Part shown: one piece after another, positions 44,405-53,702 of the stretch
How positions within the stretch are numbered: the stretch's first letter is position 1
Layout of the letters: each line of letters opens with the position of its first letter
Assembly (NCBI GenBank): GCA_963816395.1
Contig: CAWFKQ010000007.1
Location: 160,001-224,000, forward strand
DNA length: 64,000 nt
Direction of reading: 5' to 3'
DNA from: an uncultured delta proteobacterium
GTDB taxonomy: Bacteria > Desulfobacterota > Desulfuromonadia > Desulfuromonadales > JACZKF01
Notes under the pieces: generated by a model
Database searches by the model: none
Told to the model about the DNA's origin: nothing
The model's input: the letters and a program-made list of their open reading frames with translations, nothing else
Made by a program: the position numbers and the translations under genes

Positions 44405-45163
44405 TCAGACAAAGCGCGCCAGAACCGGCGCATGATCGGAAGGCGACTGTCCCTTGCGCTCATCGCGGTCGACGAGGACATCGACGCAGCGCGCCGCCAG
44501 GACGGGAGTGGCGAGCAGGTGATCGAGGCGCAGGCCGTCGTTGCGGGGGAAGGAAAGCTGCCGATAATCCCACCAGGAGCAGGTCCCCTCCGGCAGGCGG
44601 CGGCCGAGGTCTTCCAGACCGCAGGCGAGAAGCCGGCGGAAGGCCTCGCGCATCTCGGGGTTATAAAGGACCGTTCCCTCCCAGCGCTCCGGGCGACCGA
44701 CGTCGCGCGCCTCCGGAGCGATATTGAGATCGCCGGCTAGAAGGAGCGGCCGGTCCAGGCCCTCCTGCTGCAGACGGGCAGCGAGCCGTTCCAGCCACAG
44801 GCGCTTGTAAGCGTACTTCTCGGAGCCGGGCACCTGACCGTTCGGCACATAGACGGAAAGAACGCGTAGGTCACCGATGTTGGCGGCAATAAACCGCGCC
44901 TGCCCGTCCTCCGCCCCGTGGTCCAGGCCGCGCACAATATCCGTCGGTTCACCGCGGGCGAGGATCGCCACTCCATGCCAGGTCTTCTGTCCGAACACGG
45001 CGGCCCGGTAGCCGGCATTTTCCAGCTCCCCGAAGGGGAAGTTTTCCTCTTCCGTCTTCAACTCCTGCAGACAGACCACATCCGGCCGGCGTTTCTCCAG
45101 CCAGGCCAGGAGCCGCTGCAGGCGGGCGCGGATCGAATTAACATTCCAGGTGGCGATCAGCAC
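44405..45163 (-). CDS. xth: Exodeoxyribonuclease III / AP endonuclease
   Basis: TWNVNS, LQELK, YVPNG, GDLNIAP, WWDYR and SDHAPV. Confidence 0.95.
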   Translation of the reverse strand: MLIATWNVNSIRARLQRLLAWLEKRRPDVVCLQELKTEEENFPFGELENAGYRAAVFGQKTWHGVAILARGEPTDIVRGLDHGAEDGQARFIAANIGDLRVLSVYVPNGQVPGSEKYAYKRLWLERLAARLQQEGLDRPLLLAGDLNIAPEARDVGRPERWEGTVLYNPEMREAFRRLLACGLEDLGRRLPEGTCSWWDYRQLSFPRNDGLRLDHLLATPVLAARCVDVLVDRDERKGQSPSDHAPVLARFV

Positions 45164-45186
45164 GGTCCCGTCGAATCCTAAAAGAT

Positions 45187-45981
45187 TTATTCCAGGGCCA
45201 CTACGAAACTGTTCGGGTAACCATCCTTCTCGAATTCGGCGCAGGCGGTTTCGGCCGCCTGCAGACTGGAATAGCGGCCGGCTCGCACCCGATAGAAAAG
45301 ACGATCGCCGACCCTGCTGGCCTGCACTCCGGCATAACCATAGCGGCTTTTGATCTGCGCCGCCAGGCGATCGGCGTTGTCGCGGACGGTGAAGGCACCG
45401 ATCTGTACCGCATAGCTGCCGACGGAATAGCTGGCGGGTTGCCGGTAGGTGACATGCCCGCTCCGATCCGATTGCCGGAAGCCGAGGGCCTCGATGCGCA
45501 CCGGTGCCGTCCCTGGGCCGATCACCCCGAGATCTTTGGCCAGCGCATAGGAGAGATCGATAATCCGCCCCCGAACGAAAGGGCCGCGATCATTGATGCG
45601 GGCCACCGCCTCGCGGCCATTGGCGAGATTCTTCACCTTGACATAAACCCCCAGGGGAAGGGTTTTGTGGGCGGCGGTAGGCTTGTGCATGTCATAGATC
45701 TCGCCATTACTGGTGCGCTTGCCATGGAAATCCTTGCCGTACCAGCTGGCGATCCCTTCCTCAAAGTAACCGGTCTGCTCGTCATGGCGCAACGGCTGAT
45801 AGCGCTCGCCGTTGACCTCATACGGTTTCTCCCAGGGTTTTAGATTCCGATCTCCCGGGGTGTCGATGACGCGGGAGCGATACGCCGGTCCGCCGCAGGC
45901 GGTGAGGGCCACCGCGATGAGAAGCAAAAAAAGCAACCTCGGCACGCCCCGGATAACATTAAAAGATGCCCTGATTTTCAC
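45187..45981 (-). CDS. rlpA: RlpA family septal lytic transglycosylase lipoprotein with SPOR domain
   Basis: LTAC lipobox, GIASWYG, AAHKTLP, INDRGPF and VQIGAF. Confidence 0.93.
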   Translation of the reverse strand: MKIRASFNVIRGVPRLLFLLLIAVALTACGGPAYRSRVIDTPGDRNLKPWEKPYEVNGERYQPLRHDEQTGYFEEGIASWYGKDFHGKRTSNGEIYDMHKPTAAHKTLPLGVYVKVKNLANGREAVARINDRGPFVRGRIIDLSYALAKDLGVIGPGTAPVRIEALGFRQSDRSGHVTYRQPASYSVGSYAVQIGAFTVRDNADRLAAQIKSRYGYAGVQASRVGDRLFYRVRAGRYSSLQAAETACAEFEKDGYPNSFVVALE

Positions 45982-46165
45982 TTCTGCCTTTCACCTGCAA
46001 ACAAAGAGGGATTTGCTGCCCGATCGCCCTATTGGGCAATTGCCTTGCTCTTCGCCTGATTGTCAAAACCCCTGGGACGCCGATTCACAGCGGCCCAAGG
46101 GTATAGCTGAAAAAGTACATTGTTGCCGAAGGATGAGAGCTGCAGATGACAGTTGCATCGGCCTG

Positions 46166-47131
46166 TCAGGAAACGGGCTTTTCCTCCACCCGGCTCATGG
46201 CGCGGAACTTCTGATAACGCTGCTCCAGAATCTCCTCCGGGGAGAGTTTTTTCAGCTCATTGAAATGTTTCTTCAGCACTTTTTTAACGTTCTCAGCCGC
46301 CTTGCGTGGATCGGTATGGGCACCGCCGATCGGCTCAGGAATCACCTCGTCGATCACGCAGCCGAGTTCGGCAATATCCTGGGCCGTTAGCTTGAGCGCC
46401 TCGGCCGCCTGCGGTCCCTTGGTGCCGTCGCTCCAGAGAATAGCCGCGCATCCCTCGGGAGAGATGACAGCGTAAACCGAGTATTCCATCATCAGAACCC
46501 GGTTGCCGACGGCGATGCCGAGGGCGCCGCCCGAGCCCCCTTCGCCGGTAATGGTGACGATGACCGGCACCTTCAGAGCCGCCATCTCCCGCAGGTTGCG
46601 GGCGATCGCCTCGGCCTGCCCGCGTTCCTCGGCGCCAATGCCGGGGAAGGCCCCGGGGGTATCGACAAAGGTGAAAATGGGCAGGCCGAACTGGTCGGCC
46701 ATCTGCATCACCCGCAGGGCCTTGCGATAACCTTCCGGGTTTGGCATGCCGAAATTGCGGTGGACTTTTTCCTTGGTATCACGCCCCTTCTGATGACCGA
46801 TCACGCAGCAGGGTTCCCCGTCCAAGCGGGCAAAGCCACAGACAATGGCCGGGTCGTCGCGAAAATTGCGGTCCCCATGCACCTCGAACCAGTCAGTGAA
46901 GATGTACTGAATAAGATCGAGAGTGAAGGGACGGTTGACGTGCCGCGCCAGTTGGGTGCGCTGCCAGCGCGAGAGATTGGAAAAAATTTCTTCCCGCAGT
47001 TTCTCGGCCTTCTTCTCCAACTTCCTGATTTCTCCGGAGAAGTCCACCTTTTCCGTGGAGTACTCGCGGAGCTCGCGGATTTTCTGCTCCAGCTCAACGA
47101 GGGGTTTTTCGAAATCGAGATAGAAATGCAT
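46166..47131 (-). CDS. accA: Acetyl-CoA carboxylase carboxyltransferase alpha subunit
   Basis: [20 protein letters not shown] and GEGGSGGA. Confidence 0.97.
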   Translation of the reverse strand: MHFYLDFEKPLVELEQKIRELREYSTEKVDFSGEIRKLEKKAEKLREEIFSNLSRWQRTQLARHVNRPFTLDLIQYIFTDWFEVHGDRNFRDDPAIVCGFARLDGEPCCVIGHQKGRDTKEKVHRNFGMPNPEGYRKALRVMQMADQFGLPIFTFVDTPGAFPGIGAEERGQAEAIARNLREMAALKVPVIVTITGEGGSGGALGIAVGNRVLMMEYSVYAVISPEGCAAILWSDGTKGPQAAEALKLTAQDIAELGCVIDEVIPEPIGGAHTDPRKAAENVKKVLKKHFNELKKLSPEEILEQRYQKFRAMSRVEEKPVS

Positions 47132-47211
47132 TTAGAATCTCCTCAAGAGAGGCAAGAGGTAAGAGAATGAGCCGAAGACTTCCTGCCGCTAACCTTTTGC
47201 CGCAGGCTTCG

Positions 47212-50200
47212 TTATTCAAACGTCACAACATTGTAGCCAAAGAGCTTCTGCGTTTCAGCGAGGATGTCGTCGGAAGCCGCCACCTTGAGCTGGTCGGCAG
47301 GCAGACGGATGATCGTTTCGCTGCGATTGGGCACCACCAGGTGGATCAGTGCCTCGCAATTTCCCCGGTATTTACCCATGAGTGCCCGCAGGGAGCGAAG
47401 CTGTGTCTCGTCCAGCCCCGGGGTAGTGAGACGGAAGTGCACTTTGCGGGTCAACCGATCCTTCACCTCGCGCAGGGCGACTATCTCGGTCGCCAGCAGC
47501 TTGCAGGTTTCCTCGCCGATATCCAGGGTGCCGCTGACCAGAAGCGGCTCCTCACTTTTCAGCAGCTCCGCGGCGGCCTGGTAGACTTCAGGGAAAACGA
47601 CCATTTCGACAAACCCGGAGAGGTCCTCGAGAGTAACGAACGCCATGCGCTCGCCCTTCTTGGTGGTGAGCTCCTTCAGCCCGGCGACAATGCCGCAGAC
47701 TTTTACCTCTTCTTTGTCGGCCCGCTCGTTCAGGCTGCTGGTATCGCAGGTGGCAAAACGGCGGATCGCCTCGGCATGGCGTGCAAGGGGGTGGCCGGTG
47801 ATGTAGAAGCCGAGGGCCTCCTTCTCGAAACTGAGCAGGACGTTTTCCGTCCATTCTTCCATCGCCGGCAGTTGACCGTAGCCATTGCCGTTATGGGAGA
47901 TGATTTCCTCGGTTCCGAAGAGGGATCCCTGACCGGCCGCTTTCTCCCGCTGCATTTTCTGGCCGACCTCCATGGCCTCCTCCAGGGCGGTCAGGTATTG
48001 AGCGCGCTTGCCGCCCAGGGAATCAAACGCACCGCACTTGACCAGGGCCTCCACCACCTTCTTGTTCACCTTGCGCAGGTCCACCTCCTGGCAGAAGTGA
48101 TGCAAGGCCGTGAAGGGCGCCTCCCGCCGCGCCTCCAGGATCGACTCGATGGCGGCCGCGCCGACTCCCTTGACGGCGCCCAGGCCAAAACGGATCGATC
48201 GTTCATGGACGGTAAAGGAACGATCCGAGGCATTGATGTCCGGCGGCAGCACCTCGATCCCCATGGAACGCACCTCGGCGATGTTCTTGATCACCTTGTC
48301 GGTATTCTCCATGTCCTCCGTGAGCAGCGCCGCCATGAACTCGACCGGATAATGCGCCTTGAGGAAGGCGGTCTGATAGGCGATCAGGGCATAGGCCGCC
48401 GAATGCGACTTGTTGAAGCCGTACTCGGCAAACTTGGCCATCAGGTCGAAAACCCCTTCCGCCCGTTTCGGATCGATTTTGCTCTTTTTCGCCCCATCGA
48501 GGAAAATCTGTTTCTGCTTGGCCATCTCCTCGGGTTTTTTCTTCCCCATGGCCCGACGCAGCAGGTCGGCGCCGCCCAGACTGTAGCCGGCGAGGACCTG
48601 AGCGATCTGCATGACCTGTTCCTGATAGACGATGACCCCGTAAGTATCCTTCAGGATCGGCTCCAACTGCGGGAAGTCGTAAACAATTTTCTTCTTCCCA
48701 TGCTTGCGCTGGATGAAATCGTCGACCATCCCCGATCCGAGGGGTCCGGGACGATAAAGAGCGCAGACCGCGATGATATCCTCGAAGCAGGAAGGTTTGA
48801 GCTTGATGAGCAGCTCCTTCATCCCGCTCGACTCGAGCTGGAAAACCCCGGTCGTTTCTCCGGCCGAAAGGAGGCGGAAGGTCTCAGGATCATCATCGCC
48901 GATGAGCTTCAGATCGAAATTGGGGTCTTTTCCCTCGCGGACCAGCCGCAGCGCTTTATCGATGACGGTGAGGGTTTTCAGCCCGAGGAAATCGAATTTG
49001 ACCAGTCCGATCTTCTCCACGAAACTCATGGCGTACTGGGTGACCTGGCCACCCGACTTTGGATCGGTATAGAGGGGAAGGTACTCGGGAAGCGGCTTCG
49101 GCGTCACCACCACGCCGGCGGCGTGGGTGGAGGCATGGCGGGTTAAACCCTCCAGGGCGATAGCGATGGGGAACAGCTCCTTCACCTTCGGATCTTTTTC
49201 CACCAGTTCACGCAGTTTGGGTTCCTGCTGCAAGGCCTCCTTAAGGGTGATGTTGAGCACCCCGGGGATCAACTTGGCGATTTTGTCCACCTCGCCATAA
49301 GGCATATTCAAAGCCCGCCCGACATCCCGGATGACCCCCTTGGCCTGCATGGTGCCGAAGGTGATGATCTGGGCCACATTGGCGGCGCCGTATTTTCCCC
49401 GCACATAGTCGATCACCTGCTCCCGGCCGTAAATGCAGAAGTCGACGTCGATATCGGGCATGGAGACGCGCTCCGGGTTGAGAAAGCGCTCGAACAGCAG
49501 GTTGTACGGCATCGGGTCGATGTCGGTGACGCGGATGGCATAGGCCACCAGCGAACCGGCGGCGCTGCCGCGCCCGGGGCCGACGGGAATGCCGTGATCC
49601 TTGGCCCAGTTGATAAAATCGGAGACGATGAGCAGATAGCCGGGAAAGCCCATCTGCTTGATGCAGGTCAGCTCAAGCTCCAGCCGTTCCCGATAGCTCC
49701 GTTCGACTTCGGGGGAGAAATCGGCGTGTACCCTGCGGATATCGCCCAGACGCCGATCCAGACCTTCGCGGGCCATCGTCTCCAGGGCCTCATCGAGGGA
49801 TTTGTCGGCCGGCTTTTCGTACTGGGGGAAATGATAGGTCTTGAAATCGAGTTCCAGGTTGCAGCGCTCGGCAATTTCCACCGTGTTGCGGATCGCCTGC
49901 GGCACATGCTTGAACAGCTCCTTCATTTCCGCCGGTGTCTTGACGTAGAACTCGTTGTTCTGGAAGCGCATCCGGTTGGGGTCGTCCATCGTCTTGCCGG
50001 TCTGGATGCAGAGCAGGACCTCGTGCGCGAAAGCATCCTCCCGGGTGAGATAATGGCAGTCGTTGGTCGCCACCAGCGGCAGGCCCAGATCCTCGGCGAT
50101 CCCCAGCAATCCCTTGTTCACCGGCGTCTGCTCGGGGAGGAAATTCTCCTGCAGTTCCAGGTAGAGACGGCCATCGTCAAACACCTGCGACATCTCCCGG

Positions 50201-50688
50201 ACCCGGCGCCGGGCCTCTTCCGGCCGGTTCAGGGACAGGAGGGTGGGGATTTCGCCGCCGAGGCAGGCGGTCAGGGCGATCAACCCCTCGTTATGCGCCT
50301 GCAGCAGCTCCCAGTCGACCCGGGGCTTGTAGTAGAACCCTTCCCGATAAGCGGCCGAGATCAGATGGCAGAGATTGCGGTAGCCGGTAAGGTTCTGGCA
50401 GAGAAGGACCAGGTGATAGGACGCCTCGGAGGAGCCGCGGGCATTCGATTTGTCGAAGCGGGAGCCGGGGGCGACGTAGGTCTCGCAGCCGATGATCGGC
50501 TTGATGCCGGCATCGCGGGCCTTGAGGTAGAACTCGATGGCGCCGAACATGTTGCCGTGATCGGTGACCGCCAGCGCCGGCATCCGGTACTCGCGTGCCC
50601 GCTGGACCAGGTCGGCGATTTTGATGGCGCCGTCAAGGAGACTGTATTGAGAATGCAGATGCAGGTGGACGAAATCGGCGTGTTCCAT
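47212..50688 (-). CDS. dnaE: DNA polymerase III alpha subunit
   Basis: HLHLHSQYSLLDG PHP domain, GRGSAAGS, PDIDVDF, YGFNKSH and internal clamp motif QGSLF; no intein seen. Confidence 0.97.
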   Translation of the reverse strand: MEHADFVHLHLHSQYSLLDGAIKIADLVQRAREYRMPALAVTDHGNMFGAIEFYLKARDAGIKPIIGCETYVAPGSRFDKSNARGSSEASYHLVLLCQNLTGYRNLCHLISAAYREGFYYKPRVDWELLQAHNEGLIALTACLGGEIPTLLSLNRPEEARRRVREMSQVFDDGRLYLELQENFLPEQTPVNKGLLGIAEDLGLPLVATNDCHYLTREDAFAHEVLLCIQTGKTMDDPNRMRFQNNEFYVKTPAEMKELFKHVPQAIRNTVEIAERCNLELDFKTYHFPQYEKPADKSLDEALETMAREGLDRRLGDIRRVHADFSPEVERSYRERLELELTCIKQMGFPGYLLIVSDFINWAKDHGIPVGPGRGSAAGSLVAYAIRVTDIDPMPYNLLFERFLNPERVSMPDIDVDFCIYGREQVIDYVRGKYGAANVAQIITFGTMQAKGVIRDVGRALNMPYGEVDKIAKLIPGVLNITLKEALQQEPKLRELVEKDPKVKELFPIAIALEGLTRHASTHAAGVVVTPKPLPEYLPLYTDPKSGGQVTQYAMSFVEKIGLVKFDFLGLKTLTVIDKALRLVREGKDPNFDLKLIGDDDPETFRLLSAGETTGVFQLESSGMKELLIKLKPSCFEDIIAVCALYRPGPLGSGMVDDFIQRKHGKKKIVYDFPQLEPILKDTYGVIVYQEQVMQIAQVLAGYSLGGADLLRRAMGKKKPEEMAKQKQIFLDGAKKSKIDPKRAEGVFDLMAKFAEYGFNKSHSAAYALIAYQTAFLKAHYPVEFMAALLTEDMENTDKVIKNIAEVRSMGIEVLPPDINASDRSFTVHERSIRFGLGAVKGVGAAAIESILEARREAPFTALHHFCQEVDLRKVNKKVVEALVKCGAFDSLGGKRAQYLTALEEAMEVGQKMQREKAAGQGSLFGTEEIISHNGNGYGQLPAMEEWTENVLLSFEKEALGFYITGHPLARHAEAIRRFATCDTSSLNERADKEEVKVCGIVAGLKELTTKKGERMAFVTLEDLSGFVEMVVFPEVYQAAAELLKSEEPLLVSGTLDIGEETCKLLATEIVALREVKDRLTRKVHFRLTTPGLDETQLRSLRALMGKYRGNCEALIHLVVPNRSETIIRLPADQLKVAASDDILAETQKLFGYNVVTFE

Positions 50689-50694
50689 AATATC

Positions 50695-50771
50695 GAGGCG
50701 AAAGGCAAGACAGACAAAAGGCAAGAGGCGAGAGGCAGGTAACGGATCTATCCTACCTCTAGCCTCCAACC
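50695..50771. repeat. Degenerate AGGCAAG-type heptamer element upstream of dnaE
   Basis: GAGGCGAAAGGCAAGA...AAAGGCAAGAGGCGAGAGGC...CCTCTAGCCTCCAACC. Confidence 0.6.
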
Positions 50772-50859
50772 CGATCAAAAGTGCCCGGATAATAGCACCG
50801 CCGGGAAAGGCTGGTCAAGAAATCTGGTCGCGACGGGAATTGATTGCAAGTGCGGCAGC

Positions 50860-51450
50860 TCACCCGCCGAGGAGTACATTGACACCGAAACGGCGCAGGA
50901 TTTCACTGAGCTTGATCAGGGGCAGGCCGATCAGGCTGGTGTAGTCCTCGCCTGCCATTTTCTCCATAAGGGCGATCCCCAGCCCCTCGATTTTGAAGGA
51001 GCCGGCACAGTCGTAAGGCGTCTCCCGACGCAGATAGGAATCGATCTCCTCCTCCGTGAGAGCGCGCAGGGTGACGGCGAACGTGACGAAATCGACCTGT
51101 GATTCGCCGCTTTCGGCATCGAGGACCGCCAGCCCGGTATAGAAGGTATGGCTGCGCCCGGCCATGGCGCGCAGCTGTTCCGCCGCCGCCGCAAAATCCC
51201 CCGGTTTCCCCAGGATGCGACGCCGCTGGTCGACGAAAACCTGGTCGGCACCGATGATGAGGGACTGCGGAAAATGTCGGCGCAGGCTTTCAGCTTTATG
51301 AAACGCCAGATGCCTGACCAGCAGTTCCGGCGCCACCTCCTGGTCGATTTCCTCCTGGTAAACCGGGGAAGCGGAGACAAAGGGGATCTGCAGTTGCTGT
51401 AGCAGCTGCTTGCGGTAGGGGCTGGTCGATGCCAGGACAACGGAACGCAT
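50860..51450 (-). CDS. maf: Maf family nucleoside triphosphate pyrophosphatase
   Basis: LASTSPYR, IGADQV, LGKP, CAGSFKIEG and LIGLP. Confidence 0.92.
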   Translation of the reverse strand: MRSVVLASTSPYRKQLLQQLQIPFVSASPVYQEEIDQEVAPELLVRHLAFHKAESLRRHFPQSLIIGADQVFVDQRRRILGKPGDFAAAAEQLRAMAGRSHTFYTGLAVLDAESGESQVDFVTFAVTLRALTEEEIDSYLRRETPYDCAGSFKIEGLGIALMEKMAGEDYTSLIGLPLIKLSEILRRFGVNVLLGG

Positions 51451-51625
51451 GCGGGCCTCCTCGGTGCGAATTGCCCCTTTTTACCTCAGCGCCGGGGGGA
51501 AATGCAACGAGGATTGACCCTGCCGAGCCTAAGGTTGGCGTCCCATGGAGCGCTCCTGCAGAAAATCCGATCCGCAGGAGCGGGCCAGACCATAAGCTGG
51601 CGTCTGCCTTACCGCCTTAAGGAAG

Positions 51626-52075
51626 CTATGCCGCCCGGCTTTCCCAGGCGATGGGGCTCTGCGCCACCGCCAACGGTAGCTCCAACTGCTCGGCATACTC
51701 CTGTGGCCGCAGGGCATACCATCTGTCTTCCAGCTGATAGCCGATGACCCGGCGCGCCGTTTTTCCCTCCAGCACGGGGAAGCTTTCGAGACAGAAGCGC
51801 ATTTCCGAGGTCATCGCGATCAGGGCAGCCTCCACCCTCTCCCGCTCGACCCGCTGGAAAAGGCGGCGCAGATCAGGCCCCCCCAGCCAATCGTCGACGA
51901 AGGTGACCTCCACCCCTTCCCCGATCTCCAGCAATACCTGGCCTTCGTAGAGGCCATCGCCCAGCGTCCCGGTCAGGGCGAAAAATTCACCGGTCCGCTC
52001 CCGACGGATCTCGATCCGCTGCAGATCCAGATAAATGGCCCCGCCGTCCTGCACCATCAGATTGAGATGGATCAT
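51626..52075 (-). CDS. Hypothetical protein (149 aa) with a near-C-terminal QLELPL motif and a terminal AA
   Basis: RBS GGGAGG before ATG at 52075; host-like codon usage; no family recognised. Confidence 0.7.
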   Translation of the reverse strand: MIHLNLMVQDGGAIYLDLQRIEIRRERTGEFFALTGTLGDGLYEGQVLLEIGEGVEVTFVDDWLGGPDLRRLFQRVERERVEAALIAMTSEMRFCLESFPVLEGKTARRVIGYQLEDRWYALRPQEYAEQLELPLAVAQSPIAWESRAA

Positions 52076-52107
52076 GTCGCACCTCCCTTTTTTTCTTCCC
52101 AGGATGA

Positions 52108-52140
52108 AGAATATCGGGCATGCGTGACAGAATAGGTCAC
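52108..52140 (-). promoter_or_regulatory. Putative WYL-regulator site and promoter
   Basis: Palindrome GTGAC-N7-GTCAC at 52124-52140; minus strand reads TGTCAC-GCATGCCCGA-TATTCT. Confidence 0.6.
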
Positions 52141-52143
52141 AAG

Positions 52144-52228
52144 AAGCGGCAAGCGGCAAGCGGCAAGCGGCAAGCGGCAAGCGGCAAGCGGCAAGCGGCA
52201 AGCGGCAAGAACGGCAAGCGGCAAGCGG
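52144..52228. repeat. Tandem heptamer repeat (AAGCGGC)n
   Basis: Nine perfect copies at 52144-52206, one variant (AAGAACGGC), then about two more copies. Confidence 0.95.
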
Positions 52229-52234
52229 AGATGA

Positions 52235-53227
52235 TCAGAGGGGACCGGACTGATCCTGCAGCGCCTGCTCCAGCCCCTGGCGGAAGGCGGCGCACAGGCT
52301 GGCCGGTTCGAGGATCTGCACGTGCGGCAGGTAGGAGTAAAGCCAGGCAAGAATCTCGGTTTGGCCGGCGGCCTCGAAAGCCAGGTGAAGGGAACCGTCC
52401 GGCTGCTCGGCCAGAATCTGGCTGGGGTGCCAGATCCGTTCACGAATCAGGTGAGCGATGGGCGCTGCAAAGCGCACCCGGACGCGCAGCGGAGCGCCGT
52501 CGATCAGCCCGAAGGAGCTGCCGGTCAGGTCCTCGGGGCGAAAATCTTCCGGCACTTCGAAACGGTCCCGGGTCAGCTCGACTTCCTGCAGGCGATCGAT
52601 GAGGAACAGGCGCAGGGCGTCGCGATTGTGGGCGAAGCCGCCGAGGTAGAGGGAATCTTTGTAAAACAGGAGGGTATAAGGGTCGAAGAGGTACTCCTCG
52701 GGACTCCGCCGGGGCGGCGCGTAATGCAGACGGCAGCGGTATTGGAAAAGGAGCGCCTCCCGCAGCCGTTCCAGAATCTGCCGCTTGCCGGCATAGTCAC
52801 GCACACCCTGGAAGCGGGGAGCGGCCGCCTCGGCGATTCGCTCCAGGTGGGCGACGCTGCGCGGCGGCAGTGAGGAGCGGATACGACCGAAGACAGCATC
52901 CAGATCGTCCTGAAAGGGGGTGCCGCGGAGGAACCCGAACAGCCGCCGGCCGAGATAGAGCGTCATCAGCTCCGGCAGGGAAAAGGTGATCGGGGGTATT
53001 TTCTTGAAGCCGGTGAGGAAACGATAGAGCGTGCGGCCGTTTTCGCTCTCCCGAACCAGAGGATAGCCGGCATCGACGATCGCCTGCAGATCGCGGTAGA
53101 CGGTGCGGCGCGTGACCCGGCACTCCTCCGCCAGCTCTTCCACGGTAGCCCCGTAGCGCGCTTCAAGAAGGCGGATCACATCGTGCAGCCGCGCGGCCTG
53201 GCTGTATTTTTTGGCTGGTTTGGGCAT
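52235..53227 (-). CDS. HTH-WYL-WCX transcriptional regulator (PafB/C, YafY, DriD-like)
   Basis: wHTH segment ELAEECRVTRRTVYRDL; WYL domain FDPYTLL...LYLGGF...RLFLIDR; WCX segment WHPSQ...WLYSY...ILEP. Confidence 0.92.
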   Translation of the reverse strand: MPKPAKKYSQAARLHDVIRLLEARYGATVEELAEECRVTRRTVYRDLQAIVDAGYPLVRESENGRTLYRFLTGFKKIPPITFSLPELMTLYLGRRLFGFLRGTPFQDDLDAVFGRIRSSLPPRSVAHLERIAEAAAPRFQGVRDYAGKRQILERLREALLFQYRCRLHYAPPRRSPEEYLFDPYTLLFYKDSLYLGGFAHNRDALRLFLIDRLQEVELTRDRFEVPEDFRPEDLTGSSFGLIDGAPLRVRVRFAAPIAHLIRERIWHPSQILAEQPDGSLHLAFEAAGQTEILAWLYSYLPHVQILEPASLCAAFRQGLEQALQDQSGPL

Positions 53228-53249
53228 AAGAATGCAGTCCGGAGGTCAG

Positions 53250-53321
53250 CGGCAAGAGGCTAGAGGTGAAAGGCTTTACGTGGGCTCCTCCTCTTGCCCC
53301 TTGCCTCCAGCCTCCAGCCTC
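53250..53321. repeat. Inverted heptamer-array element overlapping the 3' end of the MazG-like gene
   Basis: GGCAAGAGGCTAGAGG...CCTCTTG CCCCTTG CCTCCAG CCTCCAG CCTC. Confidence 0.75.
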
Positions 53322-53683
53322 GTTTGATAATACGTGTATTTATGCGCCTTGCCGCGGACCTTCTCGGAGGGGTACTTGCGGACGTTCTTTTCCATCTTGG
53401 CGAGGATGGTTTCGGCGAGATCGAGGTCGAGGGTATTGGCGAGAGAGAGGGAATAAATAACGATGTCTGCAAGCTCTTCACCGATCTGAGACAGCGCTTC
53501 CGGGTCAAGGGTCTTCGATTCTTCCACCGTGAGCCATTGGAAGTGCTCCATCAGCTCTGCCGCCTCAATGGCGATGGACATGGAGAGATTTTTGGGGGTG
53601 TGAAATTTTTCCCAGTCCCGCTCGCGGACAAAAGCCGCCATTTTTTCTTTCAGCTGCTGCAGCGTTGTCCGCTCGTCACTCAT
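53276..53683 (-). CDS. MazG-like nucleotide pyrophosphohydrolase (DCTPP1-like)
   Basis: ERDWEKFHTPKNL, EAAELMEHFQW, EELAD and KYP. Confidence 0.9.
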   Translation of the reverse strand: MSDERTTLQQLKEKMAAFVRERDWEKFHTPKNLSMSIAIEAAELMEHFQWLTVEESKTLDPEALSQIGEELADIVIYSLSLANTLDLDLAETILAKMEKNVRKYPSEKVRGKAHKYTYYQTRLEAGGKGQEEEPT

Positions 53684-53702
53684 GGCGAAGCCCTCCCCTT
53701 CC

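Noticed and set aside
50689..50778. N-terminal extension of DnaE (MIGLEARG...)
   Set aside because: It is a translation of the heptamer repeat element; homology begins at MEHADFVHLH.
52144..52228. (AAGCGGC)n as a CRISPR array, or as the coding N-terminus MPLAACRL... of ORF 51626..52201
   Set aside because: It has no spacers. A good RBS and ATG at 52075 and a promoter motif lie downstream, so the extension is just translated repeat.
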